The translations under genes were made by a program, and so were the position numbers. A DNA stretch of 64,000 bases, from the NCBI GenBank assembly GCA_963664405.1, contig OY761158.1, forward strand, positions 4,640,001 to 4,704,000, read 5' to 3'. How positions within the stretch are numbered: the first letter of the stretch is position 1; each line of letters begins with the position of its first letter. Of this stretch, positions 1-9,892 are shown in pieces. Origin of the DNA: Thermoanaerobaculia bacterium (GTDB taxonomy: Bacteria; Acidobacteriota; Thermoanaerobaculia; Multivoradales; Multivoraceae). The notes beneath the pieces were generated by a model. The model did no database searches. It saw only the letters and a program-made list of their open reading frames with translations, and was not told the DNA's origin.

Positions 1-723
1 GCGATCTACCAAGCGCTCTACATCCAAGGTCGAGGAGCCCTCAAACGCGAGCTCGTCGCGTGCCTGCGAACCGGGCGAGCGCTACGAGTGCCGCATGCGC
101 GAACCCGGGGGAGAGGCAAGAAATTTGTAACTCCGGAGATCATGATCAGCGAACGCCCCGCCGAAGCCGCCGACAGGGCCGTGCCGGGTCACTGGGAAGG
201 CGACCTGATCGTCGGGCTCGAGAGCTCAGCGATCGGGACCCTCGTCGAACGCACTACGCGGTTCACGATGCTGCTGCACCTGCCCCGCATGGAAGGGCAC
301 GGGACCGAATCGAGGGTGAAGAACGGGCCGGCCCTCGCCGGGCACGGCGCCGAAGCCGTCCGTGACGCGATCGCGGTGTCAATCACCACGCTGCCCGAGC
401 AGCTCCGCCGGTCCTTGACCTGGGACCAGGGCGCCGAGATGGCTCAACACGCTCAACTCCGCGTCGATACCGGCCTCGCGATCTACTTCTGCGACCCGCA
501 CAGCCCCTGGCAGCGGGGCACCAACGAGAACACCAACGGACTACTACGCCAGTACTTCCCGAAGGGCACCGACCTTGTCAGATACTCCTGCGACGACCTC
601 GCCGCGGTCGCGCTCGCACTCAACGGCCGACCCCGCAAGACCCTCGGCTGGAGAACCCCTGCCGAAGTCTTCGATGAGCTTGTACACTCTGCTCACCAAG
701 GCAACGCTGCGACGACTCCTTGA
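1..723 (+). CDS. IS30-family transposase, 5' end outside window
   Basis: Frame open from base 1 (AIYQALYIQGRGALKREL). Motifs GHWEGDLI, SLTWDQGAEMA, YFCDPHSPWQRGTNENTNGLLRQYFPKG, LNGRPRKTLGW. Confidence 0.95.
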   Translation, partial: AIYQALYIQGRGALKRELVACLRTGRALRVPHARTRGRGKKFVTPEIMISERPAEAADRAVPGHWEGDLIVGLESSAIGTLVERTTRFTMLLHLPRMEGHGTESRVKNGPALAGHGAEAVRDAIAVSITTLPEQLRRSLTWDQGAEMAQHAQLRVDTGLAIYFCDPHSPWQRGTNENTNGLLRQYFPKGTDLVRYSCDDLAAVALALNGRPRKTLGWRTPAEVFDELVHSAHQGNAATTP

Positions 724-730
724 ACCCAAG

Positions 731-1144
731 CAGTACGCCTCGAAGGCTTACCAGGATCGGCTGGCTGAGCTGCGGTTTCGCTGCAGCATGTCCGGCGTCG
801 GAAATTGTTATGACAATGCGGTCTTGGAGAGCTTCTTCGACAGTCTCAAGACCGAGGTCTGGGACCGACCCTTCGAGACTCGTCAGCGAGCTCACGACGA
901 AGCGGTTTCTTACCTCGAAGTGTTCTACAACCTGAGACGCCAGCATTCGACGCTCGGATTCCTGAGCCCCGAGGCCTTCGAAGGGGCAGCGTGAACTCAC
1001 GCGCGACCGGCGGTCGGATCCGAAGGGAGGCTGCGCTCCCCGAACCTCGCACAGCCTCGTCCGAAGCTGACTACCCGAACTGATGCAGAATAGGAACTGC
1101 CCCGATGGGGCTTAACTTGGTGTCCACGAAACCGTGACCGCTCA
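731..1144 (+). mobile_element. 3' remnant of an IS3-family element (transposase C-terminus 731-994 plus right end)
   Basis: QYAS...SMSGVGNCYDNAVLESFFDSLKTE...FYNLRRQHSTLGFLSP is the IS3 integrase-core C-terminus. It ends GTGTCCACGAAACCGTGACCGCTCA, an IS3-like CA terminus. Confidence 0.88.
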
Positions 1145-1223
1145 GAACCCCTGCCGAAGTCTTCGATGAGTTTGTACACTCTGCTCACCAAGGCAACGTT
1201 GCGACGACCCCTTGAACCCAAGC
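1144..1223 (+). repeat. Second copy of the IS30 right end (direct repeat of 652-731)
   Basis: 80-bp match to 652-731 with 3 mismatches by eye. Confidence 0.92.
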
Positions 1224-1224
1224 G

Positions 1225-1497
1225 GTGAGCGGCAACAGTATGATCACGATCTCGCTCGACGACATCCGTTGGCAGGGCGCCAGTGTGGAGGTGCACACCA
1301 CCTTCCCGACCCCCAGCGCAGACGGCATAGCGACCCTCATCGAGGGCACGGTCGACGACGAGGGAAAGCTGGTCGGCAAGATTCACTACGGCGACGAGGA
1401 GGCCAAAGCGAAGGGCAAACAGACCCTGCTCCTCCCCTTTGTCGGCAAGCCCATCGAGCCTTCGTCGGCGACGCCCACCGCGTCGAGCGGTCTCTGA
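1225..1497 (+). pseudogene. Short ORF directly after the IS end, probably the 3' remnant of an interrupted gene
   Basis: Gene-like codon pattern; abuts the IS30 end; no recognisable family. Confidence 0.45.
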
Positions 1498-1553
1498 GCT
1501 CCTTTTGGCTTAGCGTTAGGCCTGGGCTAGCAACACGAGCGGTCTAGGGGAGG

Positions 1554-2570
1554 ATGAGTGCGATGAAGGCCAGTGTAATCGTGGGATCCGGCAGCGACGC
1601 GAAGCTCGAGCTCGGCGACGCACCCGATCCGAGTCCGGGGCCCTATGAAGTCCTGATCGAGATCGCGGCGAGCGCCGTCAACCGAGCAGATCTTCTCCAA
1701 CGTCGCGGTCATTATCCGCCACCTCCTGGTGCCTCGCCGATCTTGGGCCTCGAGTGCTCCGGCACCATCCTCGAGGTGGGCGAGGGCGTAGAAGGATGGG
1801 AGCCGGGGGCCCGGGTGTGTGCTCTTCTGCCGGGCGGAGGCTATGCCGAGCTCGCCACCGTCGATGCCGGCTCGCTGATCCCGGTGCCGGAGCATCTCTC
1901 GCTCACCGAAGCGGCCGGCGTTCCCGAGGTTTTTCTCACCTGCTCCTTGAACCTATTCCAGCTCGGAGACGCCTCCAAGGGGGGCTGGGCTCTCGTCCAC
2001 GGCGGCGGCAGTGGCATCGGCACTGCCGCAATCCAGCTCCTGAGGCAGTCAGGCATTCGAACCATCGTCACTGCCGGCAGTGACGAGAAGTGCGCTCGCT
2101 GTCTCGAGCTCGGCGCCGATGTCGCGATCAACTATCGGGCCGGGGACTTCGCTCCGGTGGTCGACGAGGCGACCGGAGGAGAGGGCGTCGACGTGGTTCT
2201 GGATTCGATCGGCGCTCCCTACCTTGCTCAGCATCTCGCCTGCCTGGCGATGGGCGGGCGCTTGGTGCTGATCGGTCTCATGGGTGGTGCGCGTGTCGAG
2301 ATCGATCTCGGCCTGGTCCTGCGTAAGCGACTCACGGTAATCGGCTCGACTCTGCGCGCTCGACCGGTGGCCGAGAAGGCCGGCATCGTCAGCTTCTTTC
2401 TCGATCGCTTCGGGTCTGCGCTCGACAGCAACGAGCTGCGCCCGGTGATCCACCAGGTGCTTCCGCTGGCGCAGGCGCAGCAGGCGCATGAGATCCTCGA
2501 AGCGAGCACCCACTTCGGCAAGGTGGTGCTCGATGTCGTCGGTGGGGACACCGGGGCTGCCGGTGCCTGA
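1554..2570 (+). CDS. NAD(P)H-quinone oxidoreductase, PIG3/zeta-crystallin MDR family
   Basis: VNRADLLQRRGHYPPPPGASPILGLECSG, HGGGSGIGTAAIQ, IGSTLRAR; GGAGG RBS. Confidence 0.93.
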   Translation: MSAMKASVIVGSGSDAKLELGDAPDPSPGPYEVLIEIAASAVNRADLLQRRGHYPPPPGASPILGLECSGTILEVGEGVEGWEPGARVCALLPGGGYAELATVDAGSLIPVPEHLSLTEAAGVPEVFLTCSLNLFQLGDASKGGWALVHGGGSGIGTAAIQLLRQSGIRTIVTAGSDEKCARCLELGADVAINYRAGDFAPVVDEATGGEGVDVVLDSIGAPYLAQHLACLAMGGRLVLIGLMGGARVEIDLGLVLRKRLTVIGSTLRARPVAEKAGIVSFFLDRFGSALDSNELRPVIHQVLPLAQAQQAHEILEASTHFGKVVLDVVGGDTGAAGA

Positions 2571-3957
2571 CACCGCCCCCGACCCATATACCGTACGCCA
2601 CGGCGAGGCCCACGCGCCGCCGCCGACGCTCCGGGACCGGCTGAAATACCTCGGGCCGAGTCTCATCGTCACCGGCGCGGTCATCGGAACGGGCGAGCTC
2701 GTCCTCACCACCAGCCTGGGTGCGGTGGCCGGCTGGACGCTGCTGTGGTGGATCTTGCTCTCCTGCTGGTGCAAGTCGCTGGTACAGGCGGAGCTCGCCC
2801 GCTACACGATCGTCTCCGGCGACACCTATATGCGCGCCATGAACCGGATCCCGGGCCGCATCGGCCCAGTCTCGTGGACCGTCTGGGTCGCGCTCCTCGC
2901 TTACCTCCCAGGGATCATGGGCATGGGCGGCATTATCGGCGCTGCCGGCGAGTCCTTGACCTTTCTGGCCTCTTTGGCCAGCGTCTCGATCAACCCCAAG
3001 CTGGCGACAGGAATCATCGCCGTTGTCTGCTCTCTCATCCTCAGCTCCGGTTCCTACAAGTGGCTCGAGCGGCTGATGCTGGTGCTCGTGGTCACTTTCA
3101 CGCTGACCACCTTGATCTGCTCGATCGCGATGCAGTTCACCGAGTACCGCGCCGTTCCGGCGGAGGTGATCGGAGGGCTGGCACCCGACTGGGGGTTATT
3201 CGTCGCCTTTGCGTCCCTCGCCCTCGCCGCCTACGGTTATACCGGTACGACCTCGGGAGACATAACCGCCTACACCTACTGGTGCATCGAGAAGGGATAC
3301 CCGAGTTTTCTGGGCTCGGACCGCAGCGATCCAGACTGGGAGTTGCACGCACGCGGCTGGATGAGAGTTCTCTACACCGACGTTCTGCTCGCACTGGTGG
3401 TCGTCACCTGCGCGACCATCCCGTACTACGTCCTCGGCGCCGGCGTCCTCAACAAGATGGGGCTGGAGCCCGAGGGCAGCGACGAGACGATCTCGGTCCT
3501 GTCGAACATCTTTACCCAGACCCTGGGGGGATGGGCCGTCTGGGTGTTCAGCATCGGCGCGGTCTTCATTCTCTTCTCGACCGTGCTTTCGGGCATCGGC
3601 GCCGGTGGCCGTTCCATCCCGGACTACCTGATCGAGCTCAAGGTCTTTGACCGCTCGCGTATCAGCACTCGCCTCGCGGTCACTCGCTGGTATGTCGCGA
3701 TCCTTCCCATCGTCGCCTTTCTCATCTACGTCTTCAGCCCGGGATTCGTGTTCTTGATCAAGGTCGGCGGGCTGACTTCGGCGATCAAGCTGCCGATCCA
3801 ATCGGGCGCCACTCTCTGGCTGCAGTCGCGAAACATGGATCCGCGCATTCGTCCACGCAAGCCGGCCTACCTGGGCCTTTGGGCGATCTTCTTCTTCCAG
3901 GTCCTGATGGCGCTCTGCGTGCTCTGGTTCGTGGTTCTTGGGCAGGGAGGTTCCTGA
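2563..3957 (+). CDS. Nramp-like/APC superfamily membrane transporter
   Basis: LGPSLIVTGAVIGTGELVLTT motif, about 11 hydrophobic segments, YTYWCIEKGY. GTG start overlaps the upstream stop. Confidence 0.8.
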   Translation: MPDTAPDPYTVRHGEAHAPPPTLRDRLKYLGPSLIVTGAVIGTGELVLTTSLGAVAGWTLLWWILLSCWCKSLVQAELARYTIVSGDTYMRAMNRIPGRIGPVSWTVWVALLAYLPGIMGMGGIIGAAGESLTFLASLASVSINPKLATGIIAVVCSLILSSGSYKWLERLMLVLVVTFTLTTLICSIAMQFTEYRAVPAEVIGGLAPDWGLFVAFASLALAAYGYTGTTSGDITAYTYWCIEKGYPSFLGSDRSDPDWELHARGWMRVLYTDVLLALVVVTCATIPYYVLGAGVLNKMGLEPEGSDETISVLSNIFTQTLGGWAVWVFSIGAVFILFSTVLSGIGAGGRSIPDYLIELKVFDRSRISTRLAVTRWYVAILPIVAFLIYVFSPGFVFLIKVGGLTSAIKLPIQSGATLWLQSRNMDPRIRPRKPAYLGLWAIFFFQVLMALCVLWFVVLGQGGS

Positions 3958-3959
3958 GG

Positions 3960-6392
3960 CTAGTCGGCCCGCAGCACCTCGACCGGAGCCGTTCTGGTTG
4001 CCCGCCGCGCCGGAATCAGAGCGGCAGCCAGGGCCACCAGAAGAAGAACAAGGCCGACGGCGACGTAGGTCGGAGCGTCGAGCGGGGCGACGCCGTACAG
4101 CAGGCTGCTCATCAGCCGCGTGAGAGCCATCGAGCCCAGAGCGCCGAGGCCCAGGCCGACGAGAGCCATGGCGCCGCCTTCGCGAAGAACCATGCCAAGC
4201 AGCCGCCCCGGCGCGGCGCCAAGCGCCGCGCGGATGCCGAGCTCTCGGCGTCGCGCACTGACCGTGAAGGCAAGCACGGCGCCGACACCGACCGCCGCGA
4301 TCGCCAAGGCCAAACCGCCGAAGATGAGAAAGAGGATGGCGTTGAGTCGCTGTGGCGCGAGGCTCTCGGAGCGCAGCTCGGCGAGCGTGCTGACGTGCTC
4401 GAGCGGGCGCTCCGGGTCGAGAGCACGTAGCGTCTCGAGGACCTGCGACTCAATCGGCCTCGGGTCGCCTTCCGTGCGTACCAGGACGGTCTGACCGGGG
4501 AACGACTGAGCCTCCGGAAGGTAGAGGACGTGCTGTCCGATGGTGTCGACCGAGGTCATGCGCGCGTCGGCGACGACACCGATCAGAGTCGCCTCACTGG
4601 GTCGGAAGCCTCCAAAGCTGTAGCGGATGCGCTTGCCGACCCCCGCTGCGTCGCCGAAGTAGTAACGTGCGGCTGATTCGTTGATAATCGCGACCGCCGA
4701 CGCCTGACGGTCGTCAGCGTCACTGAAGGCGCGGCCATGGAGCACCTGGACCCCCAGGGTCTCGAAGTAACCGGGGGTCACGGTGTCGAAGAGCGCAGGC
4801 ACACTCGACTGCGGGTCGGCCGCCACTCCCTCGACGTCGATCGTCACCGGCACGCGCTGGGCGTCGACGAGGGGGGCCGATTGGGTCAGCGCCACCGACT
4901 CGACGCTGGCGATCTTGCCGATGTTGGTGATGGCTTCCCGTGAGAAGCGCCTCTCGACCTCGCTGCCGAAGTCGCCCGAGCTCGGTGTCTCGATGCTAAG
5001 CACCCTCTCGAGCTCGTAGCCCGGATCGATGGCGTGGAGGTTCCACAATGTCCTCACCAGGAGCCCGGCGCCGACGAGGAGAACGAAGGAGATCGCGAGC
5101 TGGCCCGTGACCAGGGTCCGCTGGAGCGTCTTGCGGGCACCGGTGACTGTGGAACGGCCAGCTCCGGCCGCCAGCGCCGCTCCCAGCCGCCGCTCCGGCA
5201 CCAGACCCGGAAGCATGGAGAACGCGACCGCGGTCGCAACGGCGACCGCCAGGGTGAAAAGGAGCACGCCTCCGTCGATGGCGATCTCGCCGGTGCGGTT
5301 GGTGAAGCGCGAGGTGTAGGCCCGCAGAGCGTCGAGCAGGCCGAAGGCGAGCAGCAGCCCGAAGACCGCCCCACCGAGCGCCAGCACCAGACTTTCGGCG
5401 AAGAGCTGAAAGCGCAGCTGACCGGTGCCCGCGCCGAGCGCCGAGCGCACCGCGAGCTCGCGCTCTCGCCGCAGAGTACGGGCCAGGGTCAGATTGGCGA
5501 CGTTTGCACAGGCGATCAACAGCACGAAAGCCGCGGCGCCAAGCAGCAGGAACAGCGACGGCCGCGCCAAGGCGACGAGCTCGTCTTTCCAGGGCGTCAC
5601 CTCCACCTCGAAGCCAAGGTTGTCGGGATAGTCGTCGGGGTAGCTCTCTTTGAAGAGAGTGAGGGCGTGGTTGAGCTCGCTGCGGGCCTCCTCGATCGTC
5701 GCCCCTGGTGCCAATCGCGCGAAGACGTCGGTCATGCGGTGCGATCGGTCGTCCTCCATGGTCGCGCTCGAGTAGTGGTCGTTGGTCGTGTAGTTGGTGT
5801 AGAAGTCCTGCCGCCTCTGGGTGGCGTAGTGGGCTCCAGGCTGGAGCACGCCGACGATGGTCGCCACTTTGGCGGCCAGATCGAGCTTCTGACCGACGAT
5901 CTCGGGATCGCCGCCGAGAGCTCGTTGCCAATACTCGTGAGTGAGCACCGCCACCGGTGCCGCGCCCTTGCCGCGATCCTCCGGCTGCAGCACTCTGCCG
6001 AGATGCGGACGCATGCCGAGTACCTCGAAGAAGTTGGCGGTCACCAGTCCGGCGATGGCGCGATGAGGCTCGCCACGGTCGACGACATTGAAGGTCCAGT
6101 CACCGAACTCCACGATCTGGTCGAGCGAGCCGACCTGCTCGCGATAGTCGGCGACCTCGGGGAAAGAGAAGTTCATGTTCTCGATCCCCGCGCGCTTGGC
6201 GGCGTTCTCGAGATAAACGATACGATCGGCCTCAGGATAGGGAAGCGGCCGCAGCAGGACACCGTAGACCACGCTGAAGATGGCGGTATTGGCGCCGATG
6301 CCGAGCCCCAGGGTCAGCACGAAGGCGAGGGTGAAGGTGGGCTCGCGGACGAACGATCGCAGAGCAAACTTGAGGGAGCGCAACAGATCCAT
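3960..6392 (-). CDS. Duplicated MacB/FtsX-like ABC permease (ADOP type)
   Basis: LTLGLGIGANTAIFSVV, LLIACANVANL, RERELAVRSALGA, RRRELGIRAALGA, PARRA. No partner ATPase adjacent. Confidence 0.93.
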   Translation of the reverse strand: MDLLRSLKFALRSFVREPTFTLAFVLTLGLGIGANTAIFSVVYGVLLRPLPYPEADRIVYLENAAKRAGIENMNFSFPEVADYREQVGSLDQIVEFGDWTFNVVDRGEPHRAIAGLVTANFFEVLGMRPHLGRVLQPEDRGKGAAPVAVLTHEYWQRALGGDPEIVGQKLDLAAKVATIVGVLQPGAHYATQRRQDFYTNYTTNDHYSSATMEDDRSHRMTDVFARLAPGATIEEARSELNHALTLFKESYPDDYPDNLGFEVEVTPWKDELVALARPSLFLLLGAAAFVLLIACANVANLTLARTLRRERELAVRSALGAGTGQLRFQLFAESLVLALGGAVFGLLLAFGLLDALRAYTSRFTNRTGEIAIDGGVLLFTLAVAVATAVAFSMLPGLVPERRLGAALAAGAGRSTVTGARKTLQRTLVTGQLAISFVLLVGAGLLVRTLWNLHAIDPGYELERVLSIETPSSGDFGSEVERRFSREAITNIGKIASVESVALTQSAPLVDAQRVPVTIDVEGVAADPQSSVPALFDTVTPGYFETLGVQVLHGRAFSDADDRQASAVAIINESAARYYFGDAAGVGKRIRYSFGGFRPSEATLIGVVADARMTSVDTIGQHVLYLPEAQSFPGQTVLVRTEGDPRPIESQVLETLRALDPERPLEHVSTLAELRSESLAPQRLNAILFLIFGGLALAIAAVGVGAVLAFTVSARRRELGIRAALGAAPGRLLGMVLREGGAMALVGLGLGALGSMALTRLMSSLLYGVAPLDAPTYVAVGLVLLLVALAAALIPARRATRTAPVEVLRAD

Positions 6393-6583
6393 GGGCGCTG
6401 ATTCTACCTCCCAGCGGTGAGAGAGACCGTCGCGGGCGGATCGAAGTGCTGAAACGCTCTGAGCAGCGCTCCCTCGGCTCCGGTGAGTGACAGTCATTGG
6501 GGCTCCCCCGCCAGGCGCTTGCGTTTGGTTGGGCCCTGTTATGGTTCCTGATCAGGAGGAGGAGAGAGATGGGGAGGAAATCG

Positions 6584-6976
6584 ATGCGGCCCACACTGTT
6601 GCTGCTTGCGCTGTTGTTGCCCTGCGTGTCCTGCACGCCGCAGCCAGTCGACGAGGATGCTCAGTCCCTGCCGCCGGTCACACCACTACGGCCCTTGCTC
6701 GAGAATCCGGCCCGTCCGTGGAAGTCGGCTGCCTTCTCGGAGACGAAGCGCGAGGGCTATCACGGTCGCACACTGCGTACGATGCGTTACCGCTATACGG
6801 AATGGGAGCCGCTGACTGAGACCGACGGCGAGACCCAACGTGAGCTCTACGATCTCGACGAAGACCCCAACGAGCACGAGAATCTCGCGACCGAGCCGGC
6901 CTACCGTGCGATCGTCGACGAGCTCTCAGATCGCCTGCGCGTCGGCTGGCAAGGCGCCCTGCCAGAGAGGATCTGA
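6584..6976 (+). pseudogene. Signal peptide joined directly to a sulfatase C-terminal domain; catalytic domain absent
   Basis: Lipoprotein-like leader, then LRPLLENP..WKSAAFS..LRT.RYRYTEW..ELYDL.EDPNE.ENLA. No CxPxR motif. Confidence 0.7.
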
Positions 6977-8939
6977 GCCGCTGAGGCTCGTATTTACAGC
7001 CCTCGTACTTTGCGCAGCGGCGCAAAGTGCTCTTGGCCAGTACGGCGCCGCCGATGGCGAGTGGCGTGAGTTCGGCGGCGACAAAGGCTCGTCGAAGTAC
7101 TCGCCGCTATCCCAGATCGACGCTTCGAACTTTTCGCAGCTCGAGGTGGCTTGGCGTTGGGAGTCGGCGGACCTCTTGGTCGACGAGAAGTCGCCCTACC
7201 CGCGCCAGAAGTTCCGCTCCACGCCGTTGATGGTGAAGGGTGTCGTCTACGTACCCACCGAGCTCAGTCAGCTGGCGGCCCTCGACGCGGGCACCGGCGA
7301 GCAGCTCTGGCTCTACGATCCCAAGAGTTACGAGCGGGGCAAGCCCGCGCAGGGCAACTACTACACCCGCTCGGTGGTGTATTGGACCGACGGCACCATC
7401 GAGCGCATCATCATGGCGACGATCGGCAGGCAGCTGGTGTCGATCGACGCCGTGACCGGACGCCCCGATCCCACTTTCGGCGAGGGCGGCATCGTCGATC
7501 TGTCGCGAGACTTGGGCCGCGAAGGCATCGCCATCCGCAACATCAGTCACGGAGTGCCGGCCATTGTAGTCCGCGACACCATCGTCCTCGGCTCGAGAGT
7601 CTTCGACCTGCCCCCGCGCGACAACAGCCCGCCAGGGCATATCCGCGCCTACGACGTGCGCACCGGCAAGCTCAAGTGGCGCTTCCACACCATCCCGCAG
7701 GAGGGCGAGGATTTCGTCGACACCTGGGGGAACGAGTCGTGGAGGACGGCGGGGAACACCAATGCCTGGGCACCGCTCAGCGCCGACGAGGAGCTCGGCT
7801 ATGTCTACGTCGGCACCTCGACCCCGACTAACGATTTCTACGGCGGCCACCGTCACGGCGACAACGTCTACGCCGAGAGCCTCATTTGCATTGATGTAGC
7901 GACCGGCAAACGCGTCTGGCACTTTCAGACCGTGCACCATGGGATCTGGGACTACGACATCGCCTCGGCGCCCAACCTGATCGATGTGGTTGTCGACGGC
8001 CGACTGGTCAAGGCCGTGGCGCAGGTGTCGAAGACGGCTTTTACCTATGTCTTCGACCGCGTCACCGGGGAGCCGCTGTGGCCGATCGAAGAGCGGCCGG
8101 TGAACAACAACTCGCCGGTTCCGGGCGAGCGACTCTCGCCGACTCAGCCCTTTCCGACCAAGCCGCCGGCCTTCGACCGCCAGGGCTTGGTTGTCGACGA
8201 TCTCATCGACCTCACTCCCGAGCTGCGCGAGGAGGCTCTCGAAATTGCGAAGGGCTATGTCATGGGACCGATGTTCCCGCCTGTGATCGTCAGCGGCGAG
8301 GGGGGCAAGGACGCGGCGATCGTTCTGCCCAGCGCCGGCGGCGGAGCGAACCACGCGGGTGCCTCGATCGACCCCGCGACCGGGATTCTCTACGTCCCGT
8401 CATCGACGAGAGTGTCTGCAATGGCGGTGGTGAAGCCAGACCCGGCGCGATCCGATTGGCGATATGTCCTCGATTCTTTTCGCGGCGTCGAAGGACCCCA
8501 GGGGCTGCCGCTCGTCAAGCCTCCCTACGGGCGCATCACCGCGATCGATCTTGGGACCGGCCAGCACGCCTGGAAGATTCCGTTCGGCGACGGCCCGACC
8601 CGACACCCGGCGATCAAACATCTCGACCTCGGCCCCCTGGGTAGCTCGCGGGTCGCCGATGAGGGCGGTCTTCTGGTGACAAGGACTGTGCTGATCGCCT
8701 ACATTCACAACTGGGACGACCTCGACAAAGAGCTTCTCGGCGGCACCATCCTCCATGCCTACGACAAGGCCACCGGCCAGCTTCTGGCGGAGCTCGAGGT
8801 CGACGCAACTCTGCACAGTGCGCCGATGACCTATATGCACCAGGGTCGTCAGTTCATCGTCATCGCGGGTGGCGACGAGAAGGGGAGACAGAGTCCGGCG
8901 GAGAAGGCGGAGCTGCTGGCGTTCGCCCTGCCTCGCTGA
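6840..8939 (+). CDS. Secreted PQQ-dependent dehydrogenase, glucose/quinate DH-like (true start uncertain, probably near 6906-6981)
   Basis: KYSPLSQID, PGHIRAYDVRTGKLKWRFHTIP, WHFQTVHHGIWDYD, PIEERPV, PTQPFPTKP, PMTY. Confidence 0.9.
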   Translation: MSSTISTKTPTSTRISRPSRPTVRSSTSSQIACASAGKAPCQRGSEPLRLVFTALVLCAAAQSALGQYGAADGEWREFGGDKGSSKYSPLSQIDASNFSQLEVAWRWESADLLVDEKSPYPRQKFRSTPLMVKGVVYVPTELSQLAALDAGTGEQLWLYDPKSYERGKPAQGNYYTRSVVYWTDGTIERIIMATIGRQLVSIDAVTGRPDPTFGEGGIVDLSRDLGREGIAIRNISHGVPAIVVRDTIVLGSRVFDLPPRDNSPPGHIRAYDVRTGKLKWRFHTIPQEGEDFVDTWGNESWRTAGNTNAWAPLSADEELGYVYVGTSTPTNDFYGGHRHGDNVYAESLICIDVATGKRVWHFQTVHHGIWDYDIASAPNLIDVVVDGRLVKAVAQVSKTAFTYVFDRVTGEPLWPIEERPVNNNSPVPGERLSPTQPFPTKPPAFDRQGLVVDDLIDLTPELREEALEIAKGYVMGPMFPPVIVSGEGGKDAAIVLPSAGGGANHAGASIDPATGILYVPSSTRVSAMAVVKPDPARSDWRYVLDSFRGVEGPQGLPLVKPPYGRITAIDLGTGQHAWKIPFGDGPTRHPAIKHLDLGPLGSSRVADEGGLLVTRTVLIAYIHNWDDLDKELLGGTILHAYDKATGQLLAELEVDATLHSAPMTYMHQGRQFIVIAGGDEKGRQSPAEKAELLAFALPR

Positions 8940-9109
8940 GGAAGTGGACCTAAGGGTCGGCGCGGAAATAAGTTTCCAGTATCTGGGGTGACCATACCAC
9001 TGCCCCCTTCTTCAGCCACCGCATAATCCTCCGGTACGCGCCTTGTTTGCAAGGTTTAGAGCTAGCATAGCCCTGCCCGCATTTGGTATAGTTTCCCCTG
9101 TCACCTCTT

Positions 9110-9892
9110 TTGGAAGGGGAACTATACCAAATGGTACGAGCCGAAGATCGTGATGCAACAGTGCGCGAGCTCTTGATGAGCGAACAGATGGCCACCATGG
9201 ATGAGCTCAAGGACGCCATGGGAACCCGAGCCACCATGACGGTCTACCGTTCGCTGTCTCGATTGGGCTATTTGGCCAGCTACTCGGATCGAGGGCGGTT
9301 CTATACCTTGAACGAGATTCCCGATTTCGACGATCTGGGTTTGTGGTCGTGCGGTTCGGCGAGGTTCAGTCGGCATGGCAGCCTCCTCGAAACTGCGGTG
9401 GCTGCCGTGGACCGGTCCGCTGCCGGCTATACGGCTTCTGAACTCGAGCTCCTGCTGCAGGTCGAGGTCAAGCACGCGATGTTGCACCTCGTTCGTCGCA
9501 AGAGAATCGTACGATCCAGAGTTGGGAAGAGGTTCGTATACTTGTGCTCGGAAACAGGGCGCCGTCGTCAGCAGAAGCTGATGCGCAACGAACGGCAGGC
9601 TCTCCAGGATGTAGCTGCCAGCCTCGTTCCAGAAGTGCTCCCCGAGGAGCTCAGGGCTGCCATCGTTTTATTCTTCAGCCTGCTAGACGAACGCCAGCGG
9701 CGGCTCTTCGCTGGCCTGGAAGCGACCAAGCTCGGGCATGGCGGCGACCGGAAGATCGCCGATCTTCTGGACCTGGACCCTCATACAGTCGCAAAAGGAC
9801 GTCGCGAGCTCTTCGGCGGCTCCGTGGAGCGCGGAAGAGTTCGAAGAGCAGGCGGTGGCAACCAACGAGTGGAAAAAAAACGCCCGAGATAG
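9110..9892 (+). CDS. ISAzo13 transposase OrfA (N-terminal, HTH region)
   Basis: LDERQRRLFAGLEA..GHGG..IA..TVAKGRREL..RVRRAGGG; ends just after an A8 run. Confidence 0.8.
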   Translation: MEGELYQMVRAEDRDATVRELLMSEQMATMDELKDAMGTRATMTVYRSLSRLGYLASYSDRGRFYTLNEIPDFDDLGLWSCGSARFSRHGSLLETAVAAVDRSAAGYTASELELLLQVEVKHAMLHLVRRKRIVRSRVGKRFVYLCSETGRRRQQKLMRNERQALQDVAASLVPEVLPEELRAAIVLFFSLLDERQRRLFAGLEATKLGHGGDRKIADLLDLDPHTVAKGRRELFGGSVERGRVRRAGGGNQRVEKKRPR

